NCBI GenBank assembly: GCA_903859075.1
Contig: CAIOLF010000046.1
Span: 20,671 to 84,670, forward strand
From: Candidatus Buchananbacteria bacterium
GTDB lineage: Bacteria; Patescibacteriota; Patescibacteriia; 2-01-FULL-39-33
Direction: 5' to 3'
DNA length: 64,000 nt
The translations under genes were made by a program, and so were the position numbers. A model generated the notes under the pieces. That model was not told the DNA's origin. It worked only from the letters and a program-made list of their open reading frames with translations, and made no database searches. Shown piece after piece: positions 36,443 through 47,349 of this stretch (positions are counted from its first letter, which is position 1; each line of letters opens with the position of its first letter).

Positions 36443-36808
36443 ATGAAGAAATTTTTCTTAGCATCGTTTACCTCGACTGTTTCCTGGCTAGCGTTTGCCG
36501 GTACGGTCCATGCCCAGGCGGACAGCGTTACTTATCATCCGGCAGCTCCGGCAGCGGACTTATCGGCGATGCTAAGCAATGCCCTCAATGTCACGCTGGG
36601 AATGTTGGGCGTAATCGCTTTACTGGCTTTTATTTGGGCGGGATTTACTTGGATGACTTCCGGCGGCGATGCCGGAAAGATTACCAAAGCCAAAAAAACC
36701 ATGATCTGGGCGGTGGCCGGTCTGGTGATTATTTTTGCCTCTTATAGCATCTTGGTGCTTGTTTTCAACGCCTTCGGCTATCCGACGCCGGGAGCTTCGG
36801 CGAGATAA
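36443..36808 (+). CDS. Mirror copy: pilin
   Basis: Identical to 30927..31292. Confidence 0.82.
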   Translation: MKKFFLASFTSTVSWLAFAGTVHAQADSVTYHPAAPAADLSAMLSNALNVTLGMLGVIALLAFIWAGFTWMTSGGDAGKITKAKKTMIWAVAGLVIIFASYSILVLVFNAFGYPTPGASAR

Positions 36809-36953
36809 TTGCTCCAAATTAGGCGCATTTTTTTTGTTTTAGTGTGGATAAATAGTGGCTTAAATCAGCAGAATGTTTTATAATTAGTATATAAATAACA
36901 ACTCTCGCTAATAATTTTTTTTATAAAGCGAGGCCAAGAAAGGGGGTGACAAC

Positions 36954-37331
36954 ATGAAAAAATTAGCTTTAATTAAGATTTCTGCGATTTCCGCGGCTGT
37001 TATGGCCTTCATTATGCCAGCCATCGTTTTTGCCCAAAGTGAGAACTTTACAAATTTCAGAGAAGCAGCCGGAGGCGGCACTGCGGAATTTGTCCCGATG
37101 ATTGGCGGCATCGTCAATGTCATTATGGGATTGCTCGGCGTCGTAGCGGTTCTTATCATCCTTTACGGCGGTTTTATGTGGATGACTGCTGCCGGCAACG
37201 AAGAAAAGGTGACCAAAGCCAAAAAACTCATCATCGCCGGTATTATCGGTTTGGTGGTTATTTTTGCCGCTTTCGCCATCGCCCAATTTGTTATTGGCAG
37301 CTTGGCTGCCCAGAGCAACGCCACAGTGTAA
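36954..37331 (+). CDS. Mirror copy: pilin
   Basis: Identical to 30404..30781. Confidence 0.85.
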   Translation: MKKLALIKISAISAAVMAFIMPAIVFAQSENFTNFREAAGGGTAEFVPMIGGIVNVIMGLLGVVAVLIILYGGFMWMTAAGNEEKVTKAKKLIIAGIIGLVVIFAAFAIAQFVIGSLAAQSNATV

Positions 37332-37370
37332 TAAATATAATTTAACAAAGGGGGCGTTTTTACGCCCCCC

Positions 37371-37781
37371 TTGATTAAACCCAGAAAAATGCTTTGGAAA
37401 AATAAAATCAATTATCGTTTTTTGAGCACCTTGCTGTTTTTTCTGCTTGTAGGGATTTTTTGTTTTACCGCCGTTTATGCCGCGGACACGGTAAATCCGA
37501 TTTCCGGACTGAGGAGAGCGGTCGCCGGCACCGGTCTGGATAGATCGACCAGTCTGCCGAGTTTTGTCGGCAATGTGATTAAAACAGTGCTGGCCGGTAT
37601 CGGAGTTCTTTTTCTGGTCTTGACGATTTATGCCGGAGTAATGTGGATGCTGGCTCGCGGCGACGAGACAAAAATAAAATCAGCTCGCAATATAATCATT
37701 ACGGCACTCACTGGGTTTATTATTGTCATGCTTTCTTATGGTATTACGTCGTTTGTGGTCAATATTTTCAAGTTCAGATAG
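37371..37781 (+). CDS. Mirror copy: pilin
   Basis: Identical to 29954..30364. Confidence 0.8.
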   Translation: MIKPRKMLWKNKINYRFLSTLLFFLLVGIFCFTAVYAADTVNPISGLRRAVAGTGLDRSTSLPSFVGNVIKTVLAGIGVLFLVLTIYAGVMWMLARGDETKIKSARNIIITALTGFIIVMLSYGITSFVVNIFKFR

Positions 37782-37883
37782 AATCTTCTAGTTTAGATAG
37801 ATTGTTTTCATGGCTTAGGCGGCAGTCCGCCTAAGTGATTGAAAGTAAAAATAAATAATTAATATAAAATTAACTAAAAAGCT

Positions 37884-38315
37884 ATGAAAAAATTATTAAA
37901 GGAAAAGAGAAAACATCTATTTTCTTTTCTGATGGTGGTTATGTTCCTGGCCGTGCCGGTTTTGGGGCTAGGCCTGGTACATCCGGCCTCGGCCGATATT
38001 GTGACCAATATAGAAGGAAATCTTACGGCCACTGGACTTCAGCAATTAGGCGGTGAGGGCGCCAATCTGCCGAAGACCATCGGCAATGTGGTTGGGGTCT
38101 TACTGGGACTGCTCGGCGTTGTGTTCGTGCTCATCGTTATTTACGCCGGATTCATGTGGATGATGGCTCAAGGCGATGAAACTAAAATTACCAAAGCCAG
38201 AAAGACCATCATTCAGGGCGTTGTCGCCATTGTGATTATTTTTATGGCTTATGCCATTACCTCTTTCGTAATCGCTCAGATTGGCAAGACAGCTGCCGGG
38301 GGCACGGCCGGATAA
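37884..38315 (+). CDS. Mirror copy: pilin
   Basis: Identical to 29420..29851. Confidence 0.82.
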   Translation: MKKLLKEKRKHLFSFLMVVMFLAVPVLGLGLVHPASADIVTNIEGNLTATGLQQLGGEGANLPKTIGNVVGVLLGLLGVVFVLIVIYAGFMWMMAQGDETKITKARKTIIQGVVAIVIIFMAYAITSFVIAQIGKTAAGGTAG

Positions 38316-38390
38316 AATTATTTTTTGAAAAGGAAACGCGGCGGGAAGCGCAAACATGCTTCCCGCCGCGGTTTTGTTTTACGGTTGTGG

Positions 38391-38780
38391 CTAGATCCCG
38401 AAGATCCAGCCGGTATCCATGCCTTTTCCCCCGGGCATCACGTACAGGTGGCCCAGGGGTTCGTTGTAGATGGGGTAGTAGCCGTCATAGACGACTCTTG
38501 ATCCCGCCTTCACCACGAAGTGCGATTTAGCATTGGCATGAGCGCACATTGTGGTAAAACACCTGGCCGGAATCGACTTCTCTGGGCCACCGTCGATTGA
38601 AACGGTTACCGAATAGTCACGCCCGTTTTCGACCACGCCCTCACGAAGAGGGTGGTCAAGGCCGGCGACGACCTGATGAAAGGCGCTCCGCTCGTATTCC
38701 GGCCCGCTGGTGGCACAGCCACTGCCCAGTGCCAGGATCATCGCCAGAGCAGCCAGGATCGCGAAAGAACTCATTTTCAT
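38391..38780 (-). CDS. Mirror copy: hypothetical lipoprotein
   Basis: Identical to 28955..29344. Confidence 0.6.
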   Translation of the reverse strand: MKMSSFAILAALAMILALGSGCATSGPEYERSAFHQVVAGLDHPLREGVVENGRDYSVTVSIDGGPEKSIPARCFTTMCAHANAKSHFVVKAGSRVVYDGYYPIYNEPLGHLYVMPGGKGMDTGWIFGI

Positions 38781-38969
38781 TGTATTCTCCCTAAGTCGCT
38801 GCCTTTGGCAGTCGACCATTTGTACTGTTGATTACATTATTTCCAAACCTATAATCTTAGCTACTTTGGGATTATTTATTATATTTTAGCTAAAATCACA
38901 GATTTGCTAATAAGGTAGTATAAATATAATTATAGCATACTTTTTGTGTTTTGTCAATAGTTTTGGACA

Positions 38970-40589
38970 TTATAGCACTTCATAAATCGCTCCTTCACCG
39001 TCTTCATAAACCTTCTTGAATTTGAAGTTATTATCCAAGATGCTTTTGAACAGGGTATTCTTCGCTTCCACTTGGACGTATTTTGCCCGCAATTCATTTT
39101 TAATGATTCCGTAGGCCTCTTCATATCTCTTACCCAAAGTAATATCAATCATCTTTTTCTGCAGATTTTTATCATAGAGATACATGAATGTCGGATCAAG
39201 CCCGATGACGTAATAATTTTTGTCATTATGATAAAACAGCATCGGGAAATAGGACCAGTTGCTGTTTAGCACCAGATCGCGCGGCTGGCTGTGGCTCGCC
39301 AGATAGCGCGAAGCGCCGCCTAAATAGTCAAAGGAAAATGAGGTGTCCGTTAATCTTTTTTTGGCGTCAACTAAGCAGAAAATTCCCAGACAAAGAAGCA
39401 TGACGATAGCCAACGACCAGGCAGTTTTTTTGACCCAAGCTTCAGGAAAAAGTTTTTTCAGCTTGCCGGCCAGCTGAAGCAGGCAGTTTTGGGCCTGCTG
39501 GTTTTCCCAGAAAAGATTAAGCGAGCCGGCGGCGGAAGCGACCAAAAAAGGAATTAAGTATTCAATATTTCGTTGTGATTTAAGCGTCAAAAGCAGTAGC
39601 AAAAAAGAACTTAGTAGGAAGAATTTGGCCGGGGTGCGGCTGGAGCGGAAATAAAACAACAGCAGGCCGGCCCCGATAGTCGCCAGCAGTAAAGGGATAA
39701 GCGCGTGGTAGGCCAAATCGGAAAAGTTCAGCGGATACCATTCGCCGCCGACGCCGACGTATTTTTGATAGTTGATTAGGCCGATTTTGAAAATATGCAC
39801 CCAGTAAAAATTAATATTCTGCGGGAAGAAAGGGTTGATAATCAGTCCGGCGGCCGCGCCGGAAAAGGCGGCCAGCGGCCAAAACAGTTTGGAAGAGAAT
39901 AAATTTTTTAATGAGCGAAGCAGCAGTTGCCAGCCGGCGCGCCAGTAGCTTTTGGGCAATTGGGGCAGGGATTGGAGCGCTTGATCAAAGGCCGCGACCA
40001 GCGCGTAAAGCACGGAAAAAATCGGCAGCAAAATCCAGCCGCCGTAGCTCAGGACGTAAATCAGCGAGGTTAAAAAAAGCGAAAAATGTTTTTTATTGAA
40101 AATAAAATGCAAGCCGATAAAAAGGATTATCAGCGATAGCGGCTGCGCCTTGACCAAGCTGACGCGAAAGAGCAGCGATGGCGCCAGGAATAAGACGAGA
40201 GTAAACCAGAAAGCGGCTTTGATTTTTAGTTTTTTTAACATCCAATAAAAGGCGAGTACGGCTAAAGAGCAGAGAATGATCTGAAAGATTTTTCCGCCGA
40301 TAAGCGGCGGCAAAAAACTGACAAAGGGTATCAGCAGCACGTGGTAGAGGAAATGGTGGTCGACAAAGCCGTCTTTCCAGGTGGAAAATTGCATCCAGGG
40401 GAAATCGGTAATCAGTCCCCGCTGGCTCATCAGCTGGGCAATTTTGACGTGGTAAAAGGCATCCGGGTCGTTGATGCCGGGATAAAATTGCAGATAAGAA
40501 AAGATGATAAGCGAGATTAAAAAAACAACCAATCCGGCAAGGAACTGGTTATTGATCAGCTGATGATTAATTTTCTTAAAAGTCAACAT
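38970..40589 (-). CDS. Mirror copy: GT-C-like membrane protein
   Basis: Identical to 27146..28765. Confidence 0.65.
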   Translation of the reverse strand: MLTFKKINHQLINNQFLAGLVVFLISLIIFSYLQFYPGINDPDAFYHVKIAQLMSQRGLITDFPWMQFSTWKDGFVDHHFLYHVLLIPFVSFLPPLIGGKIFQIILCSLAVLAFYWMLKKLKIKAAFWFTLVLFLAPSLLFRVSLVKAQPLSLIILFIGLHFIFNKKHFSLFLTSLIYVLSYGGWILLPIFSVLYALVAAFDQALQSLPQLPKSYWRAGWQLLLRSLKNLFSSKLFWPLAAFSGAAAGLIINPFFPQNINFYWVHIFKIGLINYQKYVGVGGEWYPLNFSDLAYHALIPLLLATIGAGLLLFYFRSSRTPAKFFLLSSFLLLLLTLKSQRNIEYLIPFLVASAAGSLNLFWENQQAQNCLLQLAGKLKKLFPEAWVKKTAWSLAIVMLLCLGIFCLVDAKKRLTDTSFSFDYLGGASRYLASHSQPRDLVLNSNWSYFPMLFYHNDKNYYVIGLDPTFMYLYDKNLQKKMIDITLGKRYEEAYGIIKNELRAKYVQVEAKNTLFKSILDNNFKFKKVYEDGEGAIYEVL

Positions 40590-40710
40590 AAGGGATTAAA
40601 GATACTAATATACTAATAGATACTAATGATACGAATGGTTACGAATTATTTTTTAGTAATTTATTATTAGTATCCATTAGTTTCATTAGCATAATTCGTA
40701 TATTAGTACC

Positions 40711-41757
40711 TTAATTTTTTTTAAGTTCCGCTTTGAGAAATTTCACCCAAGGAACATCGGTCGGATCGACGCCATTGATTTCGCTGAGATAATAGCTGAC
40801 CCAGGAGCCGAAGAGCAATATTTCTAGCGCAGCGGCCAAGCGGCTGGAGGCGGGAGAGAAGTGATTAACAAAGGAAATTTTTTGCCGGCTCAATATCTTT
40901 TGAGTTATGGCTGTTCGTTTATGGATATTATTTTCGTAGTTGGAAGAATTAAGGAAAACAAATTTTGTCGCTTTGGAGACAGAGCGGGGAAAGGCCAGGC
41001 CATCAAGCAGATGATGATTGAGTTCCGGCAGAAGATAGGGATGGGCCAATTGTTTGGCGCTTTCATTTATCTGATTGGCCAGGATGTGGCCGTTGGCGGC
41101 CAGGAATTGAGCTGAGACGATGATGATGCTCTTGTTGGCGAGCTGAGCTGCCAGATCAGTGGCCGGGTTGGCTTCGCCGTTTTTGCTCCAATAAGAGAAG
41201 TTGAGATTTTTTAGGTTGGCGGAGAGAGCGTCTATTTCTCGAGTGGTAGCGCTGATAATTTTTAGCTTACTTAGCAAAGCGATGAGAATGCCGATTTGCG
41301 AGTTGATGCCATAGCGCGGCTGGCCGGAAGGGTTGCTTTTTAGGTCCAGCAAGTAATAGGGCAATTTGTAACGCTTGGCTTGGCTGATTATTTCGCCGCC
41401 AGTGGAAAGACAGAAGATTTTAAGCTTCTTAGGGCGGGCTTCCCGCAGGCAGGAGATTGTTTCCTCGGTCGTGCCGGAGTAGCTGGAGATGATAATCAGA
41501 CTGTCTTTGCCGGCAAATGTAGGCAGATGGTAATTTCGCACAAGAACGACCGGCACCTTCAATTGGTGGCCGTAGACCGAGCGCACCAGCTCCATGGCCA
41601 GATTGGAGCCGCCCATGCCGCAGCAGACGATGTTTTTGAATTTTGTGCCGCTAAGTTTTTTGACGTTGAGAAATTGCCCTTCCTGCCAGGCAGAAGAGAG
41701 CTGATCAGGCAGGGCCAGCAGGGATTCAATCACTTTTTGGTTATGGTTGGATTTCAT
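40711..41757 (-). CDS. Mirror copy: phosphoglucose/phosphomannose isomerase
   Basis: Identical to 25978..27024. Confidence 0.9.
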   Translation of the reverse strand: MKSNHNQKVIESLLALPDQLSSAWQEGQFLNVKKLSGTKFKNIVCCGMGGSNLAMELVRSVYGHQLKVPVVLVRNYHLPTFAGKDSLIIISSYSGTTEETISCLREARPKKLKIFCLSTGGEIISQAKRYKLPYYLLDLKSNPSGQPRYGINSQIGILIALLSKLKIISATTREIDALSANLKNLNFSYWSKNGEANPATDLAAQLANKSIIIVSAQFLAANGHILANQINESAKQLAHPYLLPELNHHLLDGLAFPRSVSKATKFVFLNSSNYENNIHKRTAITQKILSRQKISFVNHFSPASSRLAAALEILLFGSWVSYYLSEINGVDPTDVPWVKFLKAELKKN

Positions 41758-41914
41758 AAGATTGGGTGAGGTTTTAATAGGTCTATTCTAGCATAATTTA
41801 GGTGATAATCAAAGGGTTGCCGGCTTGAAAAATAATAAAAATAAGGGTAAAATTCATCTATAAAACGCCCCTGGAAGCGGCTAAAACTCCGAATTTTGGG
41901 GCTTAATCTTCCTC

Positions 41915-43204
41915 ATGATAAAAAAAATCAGCAGTTTATTTTTTTGCTTTGCTTATCTGGTTGTTAATTTCATTATTTTTTTCAATTCATACGTTCAGAA
42001 GCCGACGTATGAGTTCACTTCTATTTGGTATATTATTAGCGGTTTTATTTTTGCGGTTTTATTTTTTCTGTTTCTAAGACAGAAGATTTCCCGTTGGCTA
42101 TGGTTGCTGCCGCTAGCGGTTATGGCCTTGGCTATTTTTTCCGTGCCGACAACTTCCTATGATATTTTCCGCTATCTGTTTGACGGAAAGATGATCGCTT
42201 CTTACCACGCTTCACCCTATGAGGTACTGCCAATTAATCTGCCGGCCGATCAGTATTCATCGTATTTTTATCATATCTGGTGGACCAAAATTTACAGTCC
42301 CTACGGGCCGTTGTGGCAGCTGGCGATGGTGGTGATTAATTTTATATCCCTAGATAAATTATGGCTGGGATTGGCAGGACTTAAAATATTCAATCTGGCT
42401 GGCTACCTTTGGTCGGCTTATTTGATTTACAGATTAACGGGTAAAAAACAGCTGGCTTATCTGTTTTTGCTTTGTCCGGTGCTGCTCTTTAATAATCTGG
42501 CGACGCCGCACGCGGATATATTTATTGCCGCTTTATTGCTTTCTGCTTGGTATGTCCAGAAAAAAGAATTATTCGGCGTTTGGCTCGGCGCTTTGGCGGG
42601 ACTGGTAAAAATCTACGGCTGGTTCCTGCTGCCTTTTTGGTGCGGCAAAAAGAATATTGTCAGAAAATTTATTTATTTTGTTATTACCGGTGGCGTTTCT
42701 CTTTTATTGCTTAAGCTGATTTTAGGATTTAAATTCTGGCCGATGATCAGGGCCGCTTTTATCGGCGGCAGCGGCGGAGGAATGGGCCGGGGCAAATTGC
42801 TGATTTATGATTTTTTCCCTTGGCTTAGCTCGGCCGAGGGAGTCATGGTTTCTTTGATCATTTTTTTAGCGCTGTATTTGTTTATCTATAGATTGTTTTG
42901 GAAAGGGAAAATCTCTGACATCGGAGCCGGCGCTCTGGCCTCTTTGCTGGTGCCATTATTGCTGTTGTGCCTGTCCTATCCTTGGCACTTTATCATTCCG
43001 CTCAGCTTTATGTTTTTATGGCAAAAGAAGATAGCTTGGCTGCTGATTGCCTTTATTAGTTTTTACAGTTTTTTGGCTCCGCTTAATTTAGCCTGGGCAA
43101 TTTTATGTTTTGCGGTTTTAATAATCTTTATCAAGCTCTTCGGCGGGATTTATAAGAATTTGTCATTTATTAAAAATACTGGGCAAAAGGGGCAAAGTAT
43201 TTGA
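41915..43204 (+). CDS. Mirror copy: GT-C glycosyltransferase
   Basis: Identical to 24531..25820. Confidence 0.7.
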   Translation: MIKKISSLFFCFAYLVVNFIIFFNSYVQKPTYEFTSIWYIISGFIFAVLFFLFLRQKISRWLWLLPLAVMALAIFSVPTTSYDIFRYLFDGKMIASYHASPYEVLPINLPADQYSSYFYHIWWTKIYSPYGPLWQLAMVVINFISLDKLWLGLAGLKIFNLAGYLWSAYLIYRLTGKKQLAYLFLLCPVLLFNNLATPHADIFIAALLLSAWYVQKKELFGVWLGALAGLVKIYGWFLLPFWCGKKNIVRKFIYFVITGGVSLLLLKLILGFKFWPMIRAAFIGGSGGGMGRGKLLIYDFFPWLSSAEGVMVSLIIFLALYLFIYRLFWKGKISDIGAGALASLLVPLLLLCLSYPWHFIIPLSFMFLWQKKIAWLLIAFISFYSFLAPLNLAWAILCFAVLIIFIKLFGGIYKNLSFIKNTGQKGQSI

Positions 43205-43252
43205 CTTTTTCGGGTTTTTTTGTTATTATTTTAGTTGTATTAAAAGTTTTTT

Positions 43253-43327
43253 GTCCCCGTAGTTCAACGGATAGAACAAGAGCCTTCTAAGCTCTGGATC
43301 TAGGTTCGACTCCTAGCGGGGACACCA
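43253..43327 (+). tRNA. Mirror copy: tRNA-Arg (TCT)
   Basis: Cloverleaf, anticodon TCT, CCA end. Confidence 0.95.
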
Positions 43328-43371
43328 GTCAAGATAGGAATTGAACTAATCTATTTTGATAAAACAATTCA

Positions 43372-43443
43372 GCTCCTATAGTTCAAGGGATAGAACATGG
43401 GTTTCCGGAACCTAAAATCCAGGTTCGAGTCCTGGTGGGAGCA
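43372..43443 (+). tRNA. Mirror copy: tRNA-Arg (CCG)
   Basis: Cloverleaf, anticodon CCG. Confidence 0.93.
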
Positions 43444-43447
43444 TTAT

Positions 43448-43524
43448 GGTGAGTGTAGCTCAATTGGTTAGAGCACTCGGTTGTGGTCCGAGCGGTTGCC
43501 GGTTCAACCCCGGTCACTCACCCA
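43448..43524 (+). tRNA. Mirror copy: tRNA-His (GTG)
   Basis: Cloverleaf, anticodon GTG, G-1, CCA end. Confidence 0.95.
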
Positions 43525-43589
43525 TTTTGGTACTTATTATACCTAGATTAATTGTTAGGATAAATGAGTACAAAAACAAAAAATATCCC

Positions 43590-44678
43590 TTAATTGGGGT
43601 ATTTTTTGTTGGGCAAGGAAGGGAGTTGAACTAAAGAATTTTTATAAATTGAGATATTATTCATTTTAATTTGTTTTTCTAATGTTTCCACATATGTTTT
43701 AAATTTAGGCGATCTAACCAAGCACGGACAATTACCATAAGTGTTATAAAATTTTTGCTCCTGGTTCTTCTTGTAGGCATAGCTTTCTGACAATGTTTTA
43801 TTAAAGACGTTTCCCAATAATCCGTCCGTCGCTGAAGTGTAGGCGCAAGTCATATAATTTCCGGCGGGGCTAATGGCAATGCCATTACTTGAGTATCCGC
43901 AAAGGCCATTGCTGCCCAGGGTAAGCGGACCAGTACTCTCTGATAGCTCCCTTATAATCTGCTCAATCTCTTTATAATTGTCATTACCCAATGATAATTC
44001 ATCCCAATTACCCACGGCATTCCCTAATTTAGCCAATGGATTACAAATGAAATATATGTCATCGCCGCAGAATTCTTTAATTTTTTTCATTTCCTCTTTA
44101 TTTAAGCCGTTAACAGTGGCATTAAAGGCCAATCTAACAACTCGGCAGCCATTTTCCTGCCGAATAAGTTTGCCGTAAATTTTCCTTGCCTGTTTGATAT
44201 TTTTTAGAACCTGCAAAAAAATGTTTTTATCATTGTTGCCGGTTAACTTAAGGTAGAGTTCGGGTAAGAATGAATCAAAGCTGATAACCAACGAAACATT
44301 GTGTGCGGCATAAAAGCCAATCAGTTCTTCCGTTAGAGTACTTCCATTGCTATAAATAATAGTCATCATGCCCGAAGAATCGATCTTTTTGACAATTTTT
44401 TTAATACTTTTATGTAAACTGGGTTCCCCCTCTCCCGCCAAAATAACCGCCTTCCCATTCATGTCTCTCGCTTCTTTTATTAATTTGAATATTTTATCCG
44501 TAGTTATTGGATTATCTTGAATATAAAAGTTATTATTTTTCAAATTAAAACATTTTTTGCATTTGTAATTACACAAAAATGGCAAGTTGATCATCAAATA
44601 TGCGAAATCATTCAGTCGGCCGGATTTTGACAAATGCAACGGCGTTCCTCGGAATATTTTTGGGATTTTATTCACCAT
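43590..44678 (-). CDS. Mirror copy: radical SAM protein
   Basis: Identical to 23057..24145. Confidence 0.88.
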   Translation of the reverse strand: MVNKIPKIFRGTPLHLSKSGRLNDFAYLMINLPFLCNYKCKKCFNLKNNNFYIQDNPITTDKIFKLIKEARDMNGKAVILAGEGEPSLHKSIKKIVKKIDSSGMMTIIYSNGSTLTEELIGFYAAHNVSLVISFDSFLPELYLKLTGNNDKNIFLQVLKNIKQARKIYGKLIRQENGCRVVRLAFNATVNGLNKEEMKKIKEFCGDDIYFICNPLAKLGNAVGNWDELSLGNDNYKEIEQIIRELSESTGPLTLGSNGLCGYSSNGIAISPAGNYMTCAYTSATDGLLGNVFNKTLSESYAYKKNQEQKFYNTYGNCPCLVRSPKFKTYVETLEKQIKMNNISIYKNSLVQLPSLPNKKYPN

Positions 44679-45598
44679 AAATTTTCGCTTAAATATCTTT
44701 CTCCGGTATCAAACGTGTTAGTGATAATAATTTTTTCTTTTCCGAGTTTTCTAGCATATTTAATAGTCATATCGATGTTAGCCCCCGATGTTTTTCCTAC
44801 AAATAAACCGACTTTGGCCAACTTTCTAGTCATTGCTACGGCATCTTTTTCATCGGCCACATCCGCAATGTCATATAATTTTTCATCGGCAATTTTGGGA
44901 AGTGACGCGCCTCCCATCCCGGTTAGTTCAGGTATTTGATACAAAAAAGTATAGTTATTCCTTTTGGCATGGATATAGGGAGCAGTTGGTGATTCTATAA
45001 GAATAGTTTGAATGTTTGGATAGTATTTTTTAAGGCTTATAGCCACCCCCGTGATTAGTCCATAAGTTCCGGCGCCAGACAAAAAGTAGTCCGGAATAAT
45101 TTTTTTTTCATTGCAATTTTTATAAATTTCCTTTCCTAAAATTTTAAAACTTTCAGGATTGGCCGAATTATTATATTGATTAATAAAAATTCTATTTTGA
45201 GGATCTTGCTTTATGAATTCCAAAGCTTGTTCTTTATGGCGCGATGGAGATTCCATTTTACTTATCACAACCTCCGCTCCGTAAGCTTTTACTATCTTGC
45301 CTCTTTCTTTGGAAACATAATCTGGGATAAAAGCTTTGAATTTATATCCTTTTACGGCGCAAATAAACGCCCCGGCAATTGCTGAATTACCGCTTGATGC
45401 TTCTACAAAAATCGTATTCTTGGTGATTTTTTTATCCCGTTCTATTTTTTCAATCATGTTCAAATATGCTCGTACTTTATGCGTACCGGCAGGATTTAAG
45501 TGTTCTAATTTCACATATATTGTGGCATCGTTTTGGGTTGTGAACCCGGTTAATTTTATTAATGGCGTATTGCCAATATAATGAAGCAAGTCCTTCAT
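44672..45598 (-). CDS. Mirror copy: cysteine synthase family protein
   Basis: Identical to 22137..23063. Confidence 0.85.
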   Translation of the reverse strand: MKDLLHYIGNTPLIKLTGFTTQNDATIYVKLEHLNPAGTHKVRAYLNMIEKIERDKKITKNTIFVEASSGNSAIAGAFICAVKGYKFKAFIPDYVSKERGKIVKAYGAEVVISKMESPSRHKEQALEFIKQDPQNRIFINQYNNSANPESFKILGKEIYKNCNEKKIIPDYFLSGAGTYGLITGVAISLKKYYPNIQTILIESPTAPYIHAKRNNYTFLYQIPELTGMGGASLPKIADEKLYDIADVADEKDAVAMTRKLAKVGLFVGKTSGANIDMTIKYARKLGKEKIIITNTFDTGERYLSENLW

Positions 45599-45619
45599 AT
45601 AAGATGTGCCGACAGGCAA

Positions 45620-46261
45620 TTAAATTTTTGTATGTATTCCGCATTCTCCTCCGCATTTATTAGTCCTTTGCCATCTGCCGGATCTTTCTGATTGATCATC
45701 GGCAATAATAGCAGTGCAGGGCTCGCAGCCTAAACTTCTGTACCCATTTTTATACCAGGGATGCACGGGGATTTGATTAAAAGCGATGTAGCGCCAAATA
45801 TCTAACTCCGTCCAATCAAGAATAGGATTAATTTTAATTATCTTTTTATGCTCAACTTCCTTAAAATTTTTTCTAGTTTCGCCCTCCGTATTCCTCAGGC
45901 CGGTAATCCAAGCATCCAGACCGTCAATTGCCTTGATTGTTGGTTCTACCTTGAAATACTCGCAACATTTTTCTGGATTATTCAGCCATAATTTTTCTTT
46001 TTCAGCTCCAATATTATCTTTTTGGATGTATTCTTTAATATTTAAATTCCAAAGTTTAGTTACCAGATCCTTAAACTCAAAGGTTTCCCGGGGCTTGAAT
46101 GGAGTCATAATTGTAAAAATAGGCATATCCGGCTTAAGCTGAAGCGCCAAATGCAATAAAACCATACTATCCTTGCCAAATGAACAGGCTAAGGCGATTT
46201 TGGGATGCCGATTCATTGCTTCGTTAATTACTTTCTTTGAGTGCTTTATTTTCTCGATCAT
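45620..46261 (-). CDS. cysH: Mirror copy: APS/PAPS reductase
   Basis: Identical to 21474..22115. Confidence 0.92.
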   Translation of the reverse strand: MIEKIKHSKKVINEAMNRHPKIALACSFGKDSMVLLHLALQLKPDMPIFTIMTPFKPRETFEFKDLVTKLWNLNIKEYIQKDNIGAEKEKLWLNNPEKCCEYFKVEPTIKAIDGLDAWITGLRNTEGETRKNFKEVEHKKIIKINPILDWTELDIWRYIAFNQIPVHPWYKNGYRSLGCEPCTAIIADDQSERSGRWQRTNKCGGECGIHTKI

Positions 46262-46386
46262 ATTGCAATTAGTTAATAATTTAGAAGATATTCGGGCACA
46301 GATACCGTAATTTGATTTATTTAATTTAAACCTATATAATAAATAGTGTCAAACTGCCGTCGGCAAGCGACAATCAATATAGTCAT

Positions 46387-47187
46387 ATGATTGATAAGAT
46401 TTTAAAAGAACTCAGCATCCCGGAGATTGCCAGTAGAATCTATTTGAAATTGGCGGAAGCCGGGTATTTGTCCGCTCGGCAATTGGCGGAGAATTTAGGT
46501 TTGCCACGCGCGACTATTTATGACAATCTGGGCATCCTCATTAAAAATAGTTTAGTCGTCGAAAAGGAACAAAATGGGAAAAAAATGTTTAATATTGATG
46601 AGCCAAATGAATTTGAGAGATTATTAGACGATAAAATTGATAATCTAAACAAGGCAAAAAAGAAGATAAAGGATTGGCGGTCTAATTTGAAAACAAGCCC
46701 AGCCTTGGAGCCGAAGATTAAATTTTATTCAGGGATAGACGGCATCAGACAGGTACTGCGAGATATGCTTTGGCATGATAATATAGAAACCTATACTATG
46801 TGGCCGATTAGTGATATGGTTGACATCTTGGGAAGAGAGTATTTGGAAGATTTAAATCGTAAAAGAATCAAGCAAAAAATCTCAATTAAGGGGATTTGGC
46901 CAGCGAATAAAGCGGTTAAGCTTAAGGAATATCCTTTTTTGGGGGTTGGTAAGGGGCATTTAAGGGAGCTTAGAATCGCACCGTCCCCAATGAATTGGGA
47001 TATGAGCTATTGGCTGTACTCCGATAAGATCGCTTTTATTTCTTCCGAGGCGGAAAGTTTTGGCTTTGTAGTGCATAGCAGGGACTTCACTAACTTAATG
47101 AAACAGCAATTTGAGGTGATTTGGAAAATTTCCAAACCGGTAAAACCGCAACCTAAGTATACGGATTCATTCCTGAAGACTGTTTAA
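46387..47187 (+). CDS. Mirror copy: TrmB-family regulator
   Basis: Identical to 20548..21348. Confidence 0.88.
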   Translation: MIDKILKELSIPEIASRIYLKLAEAGYLSARQLAENLGLPRATIYDNLGILIKNSLVVEKEQNGKKMFNIDEPNEFERLLDDKIDNLNKAKKKIKDWRSNLKTSPALEPKIKFYSGIDGIRQVLRDMLWHDNIETYTMWPISDMVDILGREYLEDLNRKRIKQKISIKGIWPANKAVKLKEYPFLGVGKGHLRELRIAPSPMNWDMSYWLYSDKIAFISSEAESFGFVVHSRDFTNLMKQQFEVIWKISKPVKPQPKYTDSFLKTV

Positions 47188-47349
47188 TATTTTTTAATCT
47201 CTGTTTAATTAAGCCAATCTCCTCTGGATCCGCTAGTATCCGTATGAGCAAATCACGGTTGCGACCCAAATTTAAGACACCTTCCATTAGGGAGGTGTCT
47301 TGTTTTTAGCGGTTTGAGATTCATTAATATAATGGTAAAATAGAGATAT